This document shows, in pieces, positions 54,328 to 63,800 of a stretch of DNA of 64,000 nucleotides; the first letter of the stretch is position 1, and each line of letters begins with the position of its first letter. A program made the position numbers and the translations under genes. The DNA is from a virus, in IMG/VR virus record IMGVR_UViG_3300031857_000076, positions 27,626 to 91,625 of that record, one strand, 5' to 3'. The notes below the pieces were generated by a model. It worked only from the letters and a program-made list of their open reading frames with translations, was not told the origin of the DNA and did not search any database.

Positions 54328-55527
54328 TTAAAGTATTGATGCCCATACAGGATTTGCGCCACTGCCGTTTGTTTTAAGAAATTGGCCGCTGGTTCCTGCT
54401 GGTAAAAGCACCCATGATGAAGGTCCACGATAAAGAATATCGCCGTGTGAGCCTCCGCTTACGGATATAAATGAACCTGTAGAACCAGTGCCAACAAACT
54501 GTCCAGTTTGCGAAGGGCGCACAACAGCACCTTGAACATATCCATTTGGATTAGATGAATATGGATAAAAAACACCAGTATAAAAGCCTGTTTGACCTGT
54601 GCCAACAAATCCGCCTGTTTGAGAGGCTGAGATGAAGCTGCCTGTTTGAGAGGTTGTTAAAAACGAACCTGTTTCAGAAGGTCTAACTACTGATCCTGTA
54701 ATAAAATTGCCTGTTGAGCCAGTCCAAACGAATTGTCCAGTTTGAGATGATGTTATAAAAGAACCTGTAGAACCAGTGCTTACAAACCGACCTGTTTGAC
54801 CAGTTGTAATAAACTGTCCAGTTTGACTAGCGGCGGCAAAAATGCCTGAATTAACAGAAGATATTCGATAATTACTACCAACAGTTAAAAGAGCGCCTGG
54901 CCCCGCATAATAAATTCTGCCAAAGCTTAAATCTGGACCTTTATAAGTATAAATCCACGCTGATCCATTATATACCAAATCAGCAAATAATGGAGCTTGA
55001 AGGGGAGCAAAAATAGAAAAATCTCCAGTCCATGAAATTTCATTTTGCCAACCAGTTGCTAAATTACCGTTGGCGTTAATATTTAAACCTTTGGCAAATC
55101 CCCATCCAGATTCAAGAAATTCTGTTTGTAATTCAATGAAACTACCGCTCTGTGGATTAGATGGCAAATAAACATTTAGAGTAGAAGAGGGTGAACCAGG
55201 CGGTATTCTTACTAAATAAGATTTGTTTGCAGCAAGTGTTGTATCGCCAGTAATAACTTCGGTATTACTAAAAGACAATTGACCAGTTGTAGCAAACTGT
55301 CCAGTTTGACCAGTGGTAATAAAACTACCAGTTTCGCTTGGGCGAACAACGTCACCAGTGATATAATAAGCGCCAAGCGAATCGCTTCCATTTGGAGCGT
55401 GAGTTGTTGCGTGCGGTGGGACATCCCCAAATTGATTCACTGTCAAATCAATCTGGTTTGGATTGGTTTGTAGGGTTGCATTAACTTGCTCAGGGGGATT
55501 GATTACAACTGAAATATCAGTAGGCAT
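54328..55527 (-). CDS. Thr-Gly repeat virion/fibre protein
   Basis: 9-aa (Q/S)TGxFxxxx repeats, VVRPS(E/Q)TG x3, C-terminal GDILY...LPAGTSGQFL...P.W. Confidence 0.7.
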   Translation of the reverse strand: MPTDISVVINPPEQVNATLQTNPNQIDLTVNQFGDVPPHATTHAPNGSDSLGAYYITGDVVRPSETGSFITTGQTGQFATTGQLSFSNTEVITGDTTLAANKSYLVRIPPGSPSSTLNVYLPSNPQSGSFIELQTEFLESGWGFAKGLNINANGNLATGWQNEISWTGDFSIFAPLQAPLFADLVYNGSAWIYTYKGPDLSFGRIYYAGPGALLTVGSNYRISSVNSGIFAAASQTGQFITTGQTGRFVSTGSTGSFITSSQTGQFVWTGSTGNFITGSVVRPSETGSFLTTSQTGSFISASQTGGFVGTGQTGFYTGVFYPYSSNPNGYVQGAVVRPSQTGQFVGTGSTGSFISVSGGSHGDILYRGPSSWVLLPAGTSGQFLKTNGSGANPVWASIL

Positions 55528-55874
55528 TATTCAAACCCCCCTCCCTGAATATCTACATCGCCTTTGATGATTCTAACAGGGCAACCACTATTCGGCGGAT
55601 AGATGAAAATCTCTTGCTCGTAAGAGTCATAAGACAATTCTGATGTTTTGGCAGCATCAAGCGATAAAGTGATGATGCCAGAACCAGTGCTTAAAATACT
55701 GGTTGTCCAATCAGGGCCAAAAGAGCCATCCCATTTTCGGCGCAGGTATCCTGATACAGCATAGCCAGAAAGGGTATATTCTCCAGTTGTGGTGCTCAAA
55801 TCAATAGAGTAGGAATAACATGCCCCTCTCTCGATTGCGTTTGAACCAGTTAAATTGTATGTTCCTGCGGCCAT
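55527..55874 (-). CDS. putative virion accessory protein (Ig-like)
   Basis: IERGA...LSGY...G.ITLSL...T...Y..EI...IIKG pattern; GTGTAA 8 nt upstream. Confidence 0.6.
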   Translation of the reverse strand: MAAGTYNLTGSNAIERGACYSYSIDLSTTTGEYTLSGYAVSGYLRRKWDGSFGPDWTTSILSTGSGIITLSLDAAKTSELSYDSYEQEIFIYPPNSGCPVRIIKGDVDIQGGGFE

Positions 55875-55889
55875 ATATAGAATTACACT

Positions 55890-56105
55890 TTAAACATTTG
55901 GATTTTGAACTTCTACCACGGAAATTTGACCATCTCCAGAATAAAAATAATAATTGGGGCTTTCGTCTTTGGATGGAATACACAGATCAGAATCCGAATA
56001 GTCTCCCCCAAGGAATAAAAGATGATAGATTTCCCCATCTTCTGATTTCAAAACTTCAGAAACAGAAGAGATTTCAACCTTTGGATAATTAAAAAGAACT
56101 GTCAT
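55890..56105 (-). CDS. hypothetical protein
   Basis: Packed ORF. Confidence 0.5.
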   Translation of the reverse strand: MTVLFNYPKVEISSVSEVLKSEDGEIYHLLFLGGDYSDSDLCIPSKDESPNYYFYSGDGQISVVEVQNPNV

Positions 56106-56106
56106 A

Positions 56107-57810
56107 TTATGGGAAATAAACTATTTGATTAGTGCCGCTAGAAATTGTAGAAATTCCGCTAGAAACATAAACATTATTAAAAGCCACAACACTATACCAG
56201 TAATAATTTCCTCCAGCACTAACTCCATAATCTTCATAATTATTAGCTAATCCAGAAAAAATTTGTACATAAGCACCAGTTGGAGATTCTTCTGAACGGT
56301 AAACAATATAACCGAGAGCGCCAGAAGCATTTGTCCAATAAAGTTGACCATATTCAGTAGCATCATAAATCGCCGCTGCCTCAAAAGTAAAAGCTCCAAG
56401 CGGATTAGACTGGCAACTGTTGGTAATTTCAGTTGTATTATCTCTGGTTAATAAGAGAAGGCCATCGCTTGACAATCCTGGACTTGCACAGATAGACGGT
56501 ATAATCGCAGAACCAGTATCATTAAAATAAAGATAATTATCAAGGTCAATCTTTTCGCCATCACTAGACTGTAACTTTAGACCCTCGTATGTAAACAATT
56601 GCGCACCTTCTTTTTCTGATCTTTGGCCCCACTTCATTAACAAACCATTTTGCTCATTGCAAGCAAAAGAAAACCCAAACTCAACAGTGAGATTGGATGC
56701 ATAATCAATGTTGTGACTATGTGATTCTAGTTTGGCGTTGTTGATTTTTAAATATTTATTATTTGTCAAGAAACCGCTGTAGTTTTGGTCGGCATAACCA
56801 GATAGAGTGGCAATAGATTGGCCAATATATTTTAATTCATTAGGATCAATGAATTGAAGTTCAAGAGAGTATGAAGGCTCGTTGCTCATTGCTCCTGTGA
56901 GAATCGGCACGCCAGAATTAAGCGCCAAAGCTGTTGCAGTAACATTTAAGTTGCCAACAATCGGAAACTTAATTTTCTTATCGTAGATAAAGTCGCTGCC
57001 AAATCCATAACTTGCTTCGCGTTCAACTCCGATTGAAAAACCAATCGAGGAAATTGCCGCATCTGCCCAAGGAGAGATTTGAATTGACGGAACTTCTGGA
57101 TTTTCGGTGATGATGTTGAACGCTGTGGTTTTATATGTTGGCAAAATTGGTTGACCAGTTGCAGAAGTATTGAGAGCGTTAAGGTTAGTGATGAACTCTG
57201 AATTATTAATGCTTAGTTGAGCAGCGCCATCTTTGTTGCCAACGCTAAGATTAATCGCTGGAACATTAATAAGATTCGAGGAAACAACCTGCATTTCCAT
57301 ATTCACTGCTTCCATTTGAATCGAAGTCTTTGGAAGAGTTGCCGCTGCAATGGCCAAGTTGTAATTGCTTAGAGTGCAATTACCAAATGAAATAACTTCT
57401 AAACCATTTAGATTGCCGCGATCTTTGATTTGATAAATTAAATCAAGACCAAACAAATCACTCAAGATAAAATAAAGATTGCAAGATTGACCGTTGCTGC
57501 CTTTAAAGATGGATTGAAAATCTCCCCATCCTTTTAAAAACATTCCGAGCAAGTTTTCATTGTCAAATGTTAGCGATGAAACATAATCAAAGGAAAGAGA
57601 AACAGTTGGTGAAAAAGCCAAGTTCTCGACAGAGAACTCTTGACCCCCAACTTGTTTAGAGCGAATGCGATTGCCTTGAACATCGAACGCAAGATTATCA
57701 ACAAAAGCAATTGGAAACAAGCCTCTCTTATATGGCGCAAAATCTCCAACCGCTTGAAAAGCTGGACTTAAATCAGAAGCTAAGATGATTGAATTGCTTT
57801 TAATAATCAT
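56107..57810 (-). CDS. putative tail structural protein with C-terminal FN3-like domain
   Basis: In tail operon; LYW...GYIVYRS...YED...YWYSVVAFN. Confidence 0.6.
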   Translation of the reverse strand: MIIKSNSIILASDLSPAFQAVGDFAPYKRGLFPIAFVDNLAFDVQGNRIRSKQVGGQEFSVENLAFSPTVSLSFDYVSSLTFDNENLLGMFLKGWGDFQSIFKGSNGQSCNLYFILSDLFGLDLIYQIKDRGNLNGLEVISFGNCTLSNYNLAIAAATLPKTSIQMEAVNMEMQVVSSNLINVPAINLSVGNKDGAAQLSINNSEFITNLNALNTSATGQPILPTYKTTAFNIITENPEVPSIQISPWADAAISSIGFSIGVEREASYGFGSDFIYDKKIKFPIVGNLNVTATALALNSGVPILTGAMSNEPSYSLELQFIDPNELKYIGQSIATLSGYADQNYSGFLTNNKYLKINNAKLESHSHNIDYASNLTVEFGFSFACNEQNGLLMKWGQRSEKEGAQLFTYEGLKLQSSDGEKIDLDNYLYFNDTGSAIIPSICASPGLSSDGLLLLTRDNTTEITNSCQSNPLGAFTFEAAAIYDATEYGQLYWTNASGALGYIVYRSEESPTGAYVQIFSGLANNYEDYGVSAGGNYYWYSVVAFNNVYVSSGISTISSGTNQIVYFP

Positions 57811-60068
57811 GGCACAAATATGGCAAATCTAGCGTTAAAGGGTTTATGAAAAGCAGGGTCCAAATTAAAAGCGGAAGAATTTGAGAAAACTAAAACCTCG
57901 CCCAAATTACCCGCAAAATATCTTGGTGTTGCGCCTTCTGCTCCCCCAACAGAAAGCTTGATTGAATTTAAATTACTAGCAGAGAGAGTTCCAGAATTAC
58001 CAACCAAGCCATTCAGATAGCCAGTAAAATGCGTTGAGTTGCGCACGAAGCCAATAGAGTAATACTGATCTGTTGCAACATTTCCTGTCAAAACATTGAC
58101 TGTTGCTCCGTCCCTGAATGATACTGTTCCGCCGCTATAAAATAGTCCATAATTTTTATTTGGAGAAAAATTCAAAACGCATTGATCGCCGCTATTGTCA
58201 AACTTTGCAACCACAAAAGCTGATAAATAATCACCAGTATTATTGATAACTCCACCAGTTAACAAGCTATTATTAAATAGATATGCTGGTCTTTTATAAA
58301 ATTGATTTGGATTTAAAGTTGCCCACAAAGAAGGGTTTGGCGTGTAATCTTGGATTGTTTCGTAAGTGTTTTGGCTGGAAGTCCATTTTGAAGAATACTC
58401 GTTTGTTACTGCTTCAGAGAAAGAATCTCTAAGCCAAACCGTGAACACGTTGCTGCCCACAAAACCAGTTGGTTGAATTGGCAAGCTTAAATTTTTATAT
58501 GTTTGTGTCCAGTTGCGATAATCGAGAGAAGAAATACAAAAATAATCATTGCCAGACTGCGGCGTTGGATTTAATTGATAAAAGCTAACATCTCCAAGAA
58601 CAGAAATGTTGCCACTGGTCCCAGAACCAAAAGCCAAATTAACTAGCGCATCTGAAAAACTCTGCTGCGATATTTGATTCTCGTTAAGATTTAAACCAGT
58701 GATGCTGTTGCATCCACTGATGCCGATTGATGTTAGATTATTGTTTGATAGATTTAAGTTTTTCAATCCTGTAACACCATCAGCCGAAAATGTTGATAAA
58801 TTATTAGCTGTCAAATTTAAACCCACAACATCTTTCGCCCCTTCGAAAGAAACGCTATTGATTTGATTAACTGAAAGATCGCAATTACCCACATAACAGC
58901 GTGGATAAAAAATCACAGATTCAACTCCTTGGTTATAAGCTGAAAAGCTATCTAACTCACGATAAACTTTTAAATTTTTGACTGGATAACTGCCCCAATT
59001 GATTTGTTGAGAGCCTTCTGTTTTTGTTTCTTTAACGCCAGAAGCATCAATCACATAAGCTGACGATTTGGGGTCAGCATAATATGATAGCGAAGATTGA
59101 TTTAAAGCTTGTCCAACAAGAAAAGCGGGAACATCATCTTGGACCTTGATGCCGAGAGGGTCTTCAACAATTGATATTGTTAGGTTATTTGAGTCTTGAT
59201 AGTTCCAAGAGTGCTGCCAACTATCAACATAAAACAGTTTTGGGCGATCATAAATTTTTGGCAAATTGAATTGGAACCTTTTGTATCCAAGAGAATTCTC
59301 TAAAAAGTGAAGAAGAGATTTGAGCTTGAAATCAGTAATATTTTTATAAGTTAATTGCAATCCTTGGAAAGAGTGAATGTTTTCGCTGTCCTTGATTCTT
59401 TGAACAAAAGAATTTTTAAACTCATTTCTGGAAACCATTGGTTTTGTTTCAACAGTTAGTCCGAGTTCATTTTCATAGAATAGTGACTGTGACCAGTAGC
59501 CAGTGTTCGGCGGAGCATTATCTGCTGTGCTTGTATGGTCCTCGGTAGCATAATAAAAATTGACTAATTTATTTTGGGCCTGAATTTCAAAATAAACAGG
59601 CTGATATTTTTGATAAAATTGTCCAGTTTCCCAACTTACAAAATCGTAATTTACAAAAGACATTCCGCTCCAATTGAGAACGCTAGAGTTTCTTTCAACA
59701 GAAAAATTTAAAGCAATATTGTATTGGTTATTGGTTGTCATTGATATGCTGAAATCATCAGCAAAACCAGTTAGCGTGCGATAAATCTGAGAAGCATCAT
59801 TCACTGCAAAAGCGCCAGTTCCACTTTGACTCTCAAAAAAGTTCATGATGTTTTGCGCATCACTCTCATTCACATTAAAATTAAAACTGCATGTGGCAAC
59901 AATATTATTAAGCGTTGTTGGTATAATCGCAAAAGAATTATTGTTATACATGTACTTGTTCTTTTTGCAAGAGAACGAAACTGTTGAACCATAGTTGGGA
60001 CTAAAGTTGAAAGACGCTAGGTTTGCTGCGCCAGTGATGTTATTGTCTCTGTTGTAGAACAAGTTCAT
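57807..60068 (-). CDS. gpM/Dit-like tail protein with CBM-like, LRR and LamG-like domains
   Basis: Two gpM-like units (FFESQSG..AF; FLENSLG..RF), LxxLxLxxNxL repeats, C-terminal YLNG...GNLGEVLVF. Confidence 0.65.
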   Translation of the reverse strand: MNLFYNRDNNITGAANLASFNFSPNYGSTVSFSCKKNKYMYNNNSFAIIPTTLNNIVATCSFNFNVNESDAQNIMNFFESQSGTGAFAVNDASQIYRTLTGFADDFSISMTTNNQYNIALNFSVERNSSVLNWSGMSFVNYDFVSWETGQFYQKYQPVYFEIQAQNKLVNFYYATEDHTSTADNAPPNTGYWSQSLFYENELGLTVETKPMVSRNEFKNSFVQRIKDSENIHSFQGLQLTYKNITDFKLKSLLHFLENSLGYKRFQFNLPKIYDRPKLFYVDSWQHSWNYQDSNNLTISIVEDPLGIKVQDDVPAFLVGQALNQSSLSYYADPKSSAYVIDASGVKETKTEGSQQINWGSYPVKNLKVYRELDSFSAYNQGVESVIFYPRCYVGNCDLSVNQINSVSFEGAKDVVGLNLTANNLSTFSADGVTGLKNLNLSNNNLTSIGISGCNSITGLNLNENQISQQSFSDALVNLAFGSGTSGNISVLGDVSFYQLNPTPQSGNDYFCISSLDYRNWTQTYKNLSLPIQPTGFVGSNVFTVWLRDSFSEAVTNEYSSKWTSSQNTYETIQDYTPNPSLWATLNPNQFYKRPAYLFNNSLLTGGVINNTGDYLSAFVVAKFDNSGDQCVLNFSPNKNYGLFYSGGTVSFRDGATVNVLTGNVATDQYYSIGFVRNSTHFTGYLNGLVGNSGTLSASNLNSIKLSVGGAEGATPRYFAGNLGEVLVFSNSSAFNLDPAFHKPFNARFAIFVP

Positions 60069-60868
60069 TCTATGTATCCTATGTAGTTATTAACAATGGC
60101 CAAAGAGCTATCTGAACTTGCTGAAAGCTCTTGTGAAATTTCTTGAATGTTTGGAATCGTGAGATGAATAATTTCACTATTATTATCTCGACTTTTGATT
60201 GAAATGTCAAAATTTTTCTGTTCTGCGCTCTGCAAAAAGAATTCGTGATTTTCTGGAGTCATGTTCACTGCATCAAATGTTAGTGAAGCGGCAACATTAA
60301 CTGGCGGCAAAAACACAACCTCATCAACTTCTTTTGCACTATCAAGAGAATAGATGCCTTGACGATTAATGGAATACTCGAAAGAAAAGCTTTTGACGCG
60401 ATTGTTTGAAGTATTGTCTCCAGAAACCGTCATTGATCTTGGGCTTGGAATAAAAATGCTTGGATTCTCTTGTGTTTTTAAAACCTCAAGGGAGGGTTCA
60501 AGTTTTCCATAAACAGTGATGCCACAAGAGATGGATGGAATCTCGCCAACAGTGCAGGAAATGCTGTATCGGTTTAAAAAGCCGCTAGTGAAACCATAAG
60601 ACTTACCATTGTAGCTCAAACTGCCAGAAAAACTAGAATCGCCAGTAAAACCCAAAAGCGGGTCTTGGTATAACATGCTGCGTTGTAAAGAGATTTCGGC
60701 TTGGATAGGATTGTTGAGATTATAGCCATAAGTTGATCCTAGTGTTAAAGAGTTTTCTAATGGGACGCTATAGTTTATGCTGATGCTGTCAACTCCAGAG
60801 AGTTGCACACCATTCACGACAAAAACTTGATCGTATGGTTGAACTGAGAGTGATCGGTCTATGCTCAT
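60065..60868 (-). CDS. putative tail structural protein
   Basis: beta-rich; lies between tape measure and gpM-like genes. Confidence 0.55.
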   Translation of the reverse strand: MSIDRSLSVQPYDQVFVVNGVQLSGVDSISINYSVPLENSLTLGSTYGYNLNNPIQAEISLQRSMLYQDPLLGFTGDSSFSGSLSYNGKSYGFTSGFLNRYSISCTVGEIPSISCGITVYGKLEPSLEVLKTQENPSIFIPSPRSMTVSGDNTSNNRVKSFSFEYSINRQGIYSLDSAKEVDEVVFLPPVNVAASLTFDAVNMTPENHEFFLQSAEQKNFDISIKSRDNNSEIIHLTIPNIQEISQELSASSDSSLAIVNNYIGYIE

Positions 60869-63800
60869 CGTGATTTTTCAAGCGACCCTCCTAGTCTTTT
60901 TTCTTGAGCGATTACATCAAGCACAGCTTGGCGGATTTTCTTTTGTAAGTCTCTTTCTGTGCCAGTGGGATTTTCAGTTGTTTGACCACCAGCTTCATTT
61001 GTGGAAACATTCACAACTACATTTTCTTTGGAAGAGTTTGCAGTGGTTTGAATGAGTTCATCAAGCTTGGCAATCAAAGTTTGAGTCATCTCTGGTGAAG
61101 AACCTTCGCTAGAAACTGGCGCTCCGCTATTGAGTCTGTTGAGGTTTTGAAGACCAATGCGTTGAGTGGCGCGATTGTTCAAGACAAACTCGCCGCCAGT
61201 GAGCATGGCTGGAACATCATCGCGAATATTGGAACCACCAGAAATTAAACCACCAGCGGTTCTTTGTGGCAATAATATTGGTGTAGAAGATGATCCGCTT
61301 GTGGAAGTTGGAAGAGGCAAGGCAGATGTATTATTTGATACCCTTAAATAACTTGCTGCACCCGATCCACTTATCATTGGCTGACTTGGCCTTTGCGAAG
61401 TAGTACGAGTAATTCTAAATCCAGGATTATTTAATACAGAATATTCTTTTGATCCTTGTGGGAAATATTTATTTCCAGCATAGCTCAATGCGCTACTCAC
61501 AACTGCTGAAATGATTGCCATTTGCAACTGTTTTTTACGAGCTTTTTCATTTTTAGCTATTTGGTCGAGTAATTCAGCGTATTCTTTTTCTTTCTGTAAG
61601 CCTTCTAAGTAAACCTTAAAAGCTTCTTCTTTGGATTGCTGAACGCGTTCAAACATTGGACTATTTTCACGCCCAAAAGCAGATAAGCGAGCACTCTCAG
61701 GCTCAAGAGAAACTGTTGCGCCTCCCATGCCAAAACCGCCCATGTAGTCATATTGACCACCAGTGAAGCTTTGAGTGGCAAAAGTAAGAAGTTCATTCTT
61801 GCCAGTGATTGCGCCTTGGCCATAGTCGCCAGGAGTAAAGAATCCGCCGCGACCAGTTTGCGTTGGGAAAGTTTGTGGGTCAACCATGCCGCCAGCGGCA
61901 TAGCCACGCATTCTGCCACTGTTAATAGCATCAAAGAAACCTTTTCCGTATTTGTTCACAGCAGACTTCTTAACAACATATTCACCGCCCATGAGCATTG
62001 CTGGAACATCATCTCTGGTTCCAGAACCTCCTTTAATAAAACCACCAGAAGCAAAACCCAAAGCACCAAATCCAGTTTGCGCTAAACTTCCTAATCCTCT
62101 TGTTGCTAAATCAGCAAGATTAGAAATATTCTTACGCGTAATTTCTTGGAAGAAGGCTGTGGCCGCATCAGTAAGAGCTGTTTTGAGGTCTTTTGCTCCA
62201 GAGATTGCATCATTCAATCCTTGCGCAAGATTTTGAGAGAATAGGTCTGGAATTTCTTGACCGAGTTGATTACGGAAATCTTCTGTTCTAGCTCTAAGCT
62301 TATCCATTGCTTCGTCAAAACCATAACCAAAAGATGAACGATAATCTCTTTTTTCTTGCTCCGATCTTTTTGAAAGTTCTTTTGCGCCTCTTGTTAATAC
62401 GCCTTGTTTTAATAAAAACTCCCCTCTGGTTTGAGGATCGTTTAATGAATCTACAACTGATCTTAGCTGATCCCTTAATTTACCATTGTAACTATTAACT
62501 AAATCATTTATTTCTAATTCCCCTTTAAGTCTTTTTTCCATTGTTTCCAATGTTTGATCCATTGTAGCGCCTTGTAATTGGCTGGATTCATATACTTGTC
62601 TTGCAAATTCAACGAGTCTATCTTTGGCTCCCTGATTCAAGTCAAAGCCTTGTATTTCATTTTGTAATGTTTGCAAGTTATTTCCTTGGCGTATTGAGGC
62701 AACGATTTGTCTAACAAACTCACTCCCTGTTTGTAATCCACCTTGATTATTAAAAGATCGCGTAGATAAAGGAGAATAGGCAGATTTAAGATTATTGTAA
62801 TAATCAAGAAGTTGTTGATTGTTACTAATACCTGCTGGAAAAGGAACACCTCTTACAGCGCCTCCTGCACCGCCTGCTAGACCATAGCCGCTTTGATTAA
62901 CAAAATTTATAGCTTCATCTATTTTTTTGATAAAATCTTGCGCTAAAATACTTGTTAAGTTTTCAAGGGCTGTTGTATTTCGATTTAATTCTGCAATATT
63001 TTCTTTTGTAAAGAAGTCTCTTTCGGCAGCTATTTGTTTTTCTTGTAAATTAGCTTCTAATTCTTTAGGGCGTTTAAGGGCAAAAGCTTTACGTTCTTCT
63101 TCTTGGCGAATAAGTAATGCTTCTCTTGAACTAATTGCATAAGATGTTCGGCGTGCAATATTAGTTTCTTTATCAACATCAATCCTCTCAATTTCCCCTC
63201 TTAATTTAATAAGTGATTTTTCAGACTCAATAATTCCATCTACAAAATTAGCTAAATTATTACGATATGTATCATAAGCTTGAGCTTCTAAAATTCTTTC
63301 TTGATTGTTGAACTGTAAAATTGCTAACTCATTATCTTGTTCTTTAATTAACCTAGAAAATGCATTCGTTGAACTTATAACTTTATTTTTAAGTTCTTGA
63401 AACTTAGCGTTATCTAATGATACGCCAGCAGACTGTATTTGGCTCACAACATCTCTCAGAGCTTCTGCTAAACCTTTTTGATCTGTTGCTTTTCCAACAG
63501 CTTCAAACGCTTTTCGAATCGGTTCTTCTTTTTCTTGAGCAATACCTAATTCTGGCAGATAATCTTTTAATGCCGCTTGGGTTTCATTTAAAAATGTTTT
63601 TATTTTATTATTATATTCTGCATTGAATTGCTCTAATGATGAATTGATTTCAAAAGCTATTTTTGAAGAATCTCCTAAAGTAGCAAAACTCTTACTAGAA
63701 GTAATTGCACTAATTACTTTAGCTCTTCTTTGTAAATCTTGAGAAGCGTCTTCAATATCTTGAGCGCCTTGAAAAATAATGTTTTCTATTGTTCTTTTAA

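Noticed and set aside
61170-62060. Duplicated RDDVPAML motif as a diversity-generating retroelement TR/VR pair
   Set aside because: Both copies are in-frame coding, differences are not adenine-specific, and no reverse transcriptase is in the window
562-63626. Numerous short antisense or nested ORFs in the track
   Set aside because: They lie within motif-supported genes and show no recognisable features
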